From Bacillota bacterium (GTDB taxonomy: Bacteria > Bacillota > Dethiobacteria > DTU022): a DNA stretch of 48,651 nt. Below are positions 46,292-48,651 of the stretch, in pieces. Where the stretch lies: assembly GCA_051748445.1 (NCBI GenBank), contig JBNJHL010000002.1:1-48651 (forward strand), read 5' to 3'. Position numbers and translations under genes: made by a program. Below the pieces are notes generated by a model that saw only the letters and a list, made by a program, of their open reading frames with translations, made no database searches and had not been told where the DNA came from. Numbering within the stretch: position 1 is the first letter of the stretch; every line of letters starts with the position of its first letter.

Positions 46292-46768
46292 ATGGAACAA
46301 TATGGAGAAATTATTGAGAATAGAGAAGATATAGCACTGGTTAACCTGCAACGGCACTTAATTTGCGGTGAATGCGGCAAGTGTGGAATTATGAGTGGAG
46401 CTACAAAGCGCAATATAACCATAGAGGCTCATAATCCAATTAAGGCAAAGGAAGGTCAGAAGGTCCGTATTGAATCTGACGATCGCCAGGTAATATTTCT
46501 TGCCTTCATGCTTTATATTGTTCCGCTTGCAGGTCTGATGGGTGGCATCCTGCTCTGGTTTCAGCTGGCCGGACGTTTCAGTATTGCAGGGAGTCAGGAA
46601 CTGCAAGCATTTGCTGTCGGGATGGCCATGATGGTTGTTATTTTCCTTATGATCAGGAATTGGGATCGTCGAGTAAAAAATGATCCCCGGTACAAGCCGG
46701 TGATTACCGGCTTGTTACTTGATAAAAATGACTGTAATGATCAACTTGAACCTGAAATAAAGAATTGA
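46292..46768 (+). CDS. RseC/MucC-family (SoxR-reducing system RseC-like) membrane protein
   Basis: N-terminal G.I......A.V......CGECGKCG motif followed by two TM helices (VIFLAFMLYIVPLAGLMGGILLW; AFAVGMAMMVVIFLMI). RBS GGGAGGAG. Confidence 0.7.
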   Translation: MEQYGEIIENREDIALVNLQRHLICGECGKCGIMSGATKRNITIEAHNPIKAKEGQKVRIESDDRQVIFLAFMLYIVPLAGLMGGILLWFQLAGRFSIAGSQELQAFAVGMAMMVVIFLMIRNWDRRVKNDPRYKPVITGLLLDKNDCNDQLEPEIKN

Positions 46769-46783
46769 TCGTTTGGAGGAAAT

Positions 46784-47812
46784 ATGGCGATGACTAAAAA
46801 ATATAACGTAGCAGTAGTGGGAGCAACAGGTATGGTAGGACAAAAAATGATTGAGGTTTTGATGGAGAGAAAATTTCCGATTAACGGAATCAAACTGCTT
46901 GCATCTTCTCGCTCGGCCGGAACAAAGTTGCAGGTGGGCTCTGGAACAGAAGCAGTGCATGAATTAAAACCGCAATCTTTTGATGGGATAGATTATGCTT
47001 TTTTTAGCGCCGGAGGAGATATTAGTAAAGAAATGGCTCCCGAAGCGGTCAGGCGCGGGGCCATAGTTGTTGATAACAGCAGCGCTTTTAGAATGGATGA
47101 AAATGTGCCCCTGGTAGTGCCTGAAGTTAACCCTGAAACTGTTAAGCAGCACAGCGGAATTATAGCAAATCCAAATTGCTCAACTATCCAGATGGTCGTT
47201 GCCCTTCAGCCTTTACAGACAGTGGTACCCCTGAAAAGGGTTGTGGCAGCAACTTACCAGGCAGTGTCGGGCGCCGGCAGGGAAGCAGTAGATGAGCTGT
47301 ATGATCAGAGCAGGGCTTACCTGGAAGGAAAACCGGTCAAGGCGGAGCGCATTCCCCATGTCGGGGCAGAACGAACATACCAGATTGCCTTTAACCTGGT
47401 TCCCCAGCTGGATGTCTTTTCCGATGAGGACTATTGCAAGGAAGAAATTAAAATGATACGTGAAACCAGGAAAATAATGAATCTGCCGGAGCTTCCTGTT
47501 ACAGCAACGACCGTTCGGGTGCCGGTGGCAAATAGTCATTCCATTGCTCTAAATGTAGAATTTGAAAAAGTACTGGGTGCAGCAGAAGCAAGAAAACTTT
47601 TGGAAAAAGCACCCGGAATTATAGTTATCGATAATCCTAAACAGCTTGAATATCCAACTCCACTTGAAGCAGATGGGGCAGATGAGGTTTTCGTTGGACG
47701 GATTCGCACAGATCATTCAGTTACTTACGGTCTTAATTTCTGGGTTGTCGCAGATAATATCCGCAAGGGAGCAGCTACCAACTCAATACAAATCGCTGAA
47801 CTGCTACTATAA
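46784..47812 (+). CDS. asd: aspartate-semialdehyde dehydrogenase
   Basis: YNVAVVGATGMVGQ, active-site IANPNCSTIQ, and AVSGAG. The start could be 46784 or 46790. Confidence 0.94.
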   Translation: MAMTKKYNVAVVGATGMVGQKMIEVLMERKFPINGIKLLASSRSAGTKLQVGSGTEAVHELKPQSFDGIDYAFFSAGGDISKEMAPEAVRRGAIVVDNSSAFRMDENVPLVVPEVNPETVKQHSGIIANPNCSTIQMVVALQPLQTVVPLKRVVAATYQAVSGAGREAVDELYDQSRAYLEGKPVKAERIPHVGAERTYQIAFNLVPQLDVFSDEDYCKEEIKMIRETRKIMNLPELPVTATTVRVPVANSHSIALNVEFEKVLGAAEARKLLEKAPGIIVIDNPKQLEYPTPLEADGADEVFVGRIRTDHSVTYGLNFWVVADNIRKGAATNSIQIAELLL

Positions 47813-47933
47813 AAATATTGTTCTATATAATATTTAAGTTATAACTGTTTGATTAAATCTACTCCATTAATTATGACCGAATATGATTAATTAAATATTA
47901 TTACTCAAGTGGCGAGTGATATTTGTTTTTAAA

Positions 47934-47963
47934 TTGAGGATTTTATTCCCCTGCGTCTATAAT
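47934..47963 (+). promoter_or_regulatory. sigmaA-type promoter candidate (TTGAGG-18-TATAAT)
   Basis: TTGAGG at 47934-39, an 18-nt spacer, and TATAAT at 47958-63, about 27 nt before the next start codon. Confidence 0.4.
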
Positions 47964-47989
47964 CTAAATTGTGGTAAGGAGGCCATTAA

Positions 47990-48651
47990 ATGAGCAGGAA
48001 AGTGAGAGTAGCTTTAATCCAGGCTAAACACGATGTAAATGGTGATGAACCGGTCCATAAGCACAAGCAGGTAGCAATCGAAAAACAATTAAAAATGATT
48101 AAGAAAGCTGCCGATCAAAAGGCACAGATTCTCTGTTTGCAGGAAATATTTTACGGGCCTTATTTTTGTGCAGAACAAAACGTAAAGTGGTACGAAGCGG
48201 CAGAAAATATACCTGGTGGACCGACAGTTGATTTATTCCAAAAGGAAGCACAAAAGCACGGCATGGTAATTATTGTCCCCATTTATGAAGTAGATATTGC
48301 CGGGGTTTACTACAATACAGCAGCAGTGATCGATGCCGATGGCAAATATCTGGGTAAATTCCGTAAAATTCATATCCCTCACGTTCAATGTGGCAAATCT
48401 CCTCACACAGGTTTTTGGGAAAAGTATTACTTTAAACCGGGCAACCTCGGACATCCTGTATTTGATACTGCATTTGCCAAAATAGGTGTTTTCATTTGTT
48501 ATGACCGGCATTTTCCCGAAGGTCCCCGTATTTTAGGTTTAAAAGGAGCAGAGATAGTTTTTAATCCTTCTGCAACCGTAGCCGGACTTTCCGAATATTT
48601 ATGGAAGCTTGAACAACCTGCCCACGCAGTGGCCAACGTAAACTTTGTCGC
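47990..48651 (+). CDS. carbon-nitrogen hydrolase (nitrilase superfamily; beta-ureidopropionase / N-carbamoyl-amidase-like), 3'-truncated at window edge
   Basis: Not in the ORF track because it has no stop within the window. ATG lies 9 nt after AAGGAGG. My translation is MSRKVRVALIQAKH...ILCLQEIFYGPYFC...GKFRKIHIP...IGVFICYDRHFPE...IVFNPSAT, which shows the Glu-Lys-Cys catalytic triad contexts. Confidence 0.85.
   Translation, partial: MSRKVRVALIQAKHDVNGDEPVHKHKQVAIEKQLKMIKKAADQKAQILCLQEIFYGPYFCAEQNVKWYEAAENIPGGPTVDLFQKEAQKHGMVIIVPIYEVDIAGVYYNTAAVIDADGKYLGKFRKIHIPHVQCGKSPHTGFWEKYYFKPGNLGHPVFDTAFAKIGVFICYDRHFPEGPRILGLKGAEIVFNPSATVAGLSEYLWKLEQPAHAVANVNFV

Noticed and set aside
1-48651. Looked for CRISPR repeats, transposase/integrase/recombinase genes, phage genes, toxin-antitoxin pairs and long direct repeats.
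   Set aside because: None was seen. The only repeats are protein-level GLUG repeats, short hairpins and a 12-nt direct repeat (AAAAGTTGACTT at ~1107 and ~1146) inside the first gene.

Overview
This 48.6 kb window looks like core chromosome from an anaerobic, low-to-mid GC Firmicute. A Clostridia / Peptococcaceae-Syntrophomonadaceae-like origin is an inference from gene content only. I support about 42 protein-coding genes, nearly all on the + strand; only ilvC, rpsT and one FAD oxidoreductase are on the - strand.

Gene content in order:
- a 5'-truncated GLUG-repeat surface protein
- a DUF3311 + sodium:solute symporter pair
- comEC
- an ECF sigma/anti-sigma pair
- ilvC, rubrerythrin and an FAH-family hydrolase
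- a riboswitch-controlled trkA-trkH K+ uptake operon running into holA
- a C_GCAxxG_C_C protein, rpsT, nnr, an acyl-CoA dehydrogenase, hom and alr
- a geranylgeranyl-reductase-like flavoprotein
- gatCAB and purA
- a membrane protein and an SbcD/SbcC-like (YhaO/YhaN-type) nuclease-ATPase pair
- an MBL hydrolase and a flavin reductase
- the selenocysteine machinery selA-selB-selD
- an eight-gene redox operon: HdrD-like protein, EtfB, EtfA, HdrA, MvhD and three Flx/Asr/Hyd-like Fe-S/flavin subunits
- an RseC-like protein, asd, and a 3'-truncated carbon-nitrogen hydrolase that is missing from the ORF track

I saw no rRNA, tRNA (including tRNA-Sec), CRISPR array, transposase or integrase.

Items most worth a second look:
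1. A clear GEMM-I (c-di-GMP-I) riboswitch with a terminator/antiterminator platform sits in front of trkAH. That target class is normally associated with c-di-AMP.
2. selD is a UGA-recoded selenoprotein gene that the ORF track truncates.
3. The soluble HdrD-like/EtfBA/HdrA/MvhD/FlxCBA operon lies directly after the sel genes. Its parts are known, but I cannot assign this arrangement to a characterised complex.
4. The gatCAB leader carries an intrinsic terminator but no T-box.
5. A 320-bp AT-rich spacer holds a possible minus-strand micro-ORF unit.

All product calls come from motif recognition by eye, not database searches. Start codons are approximate where noted.
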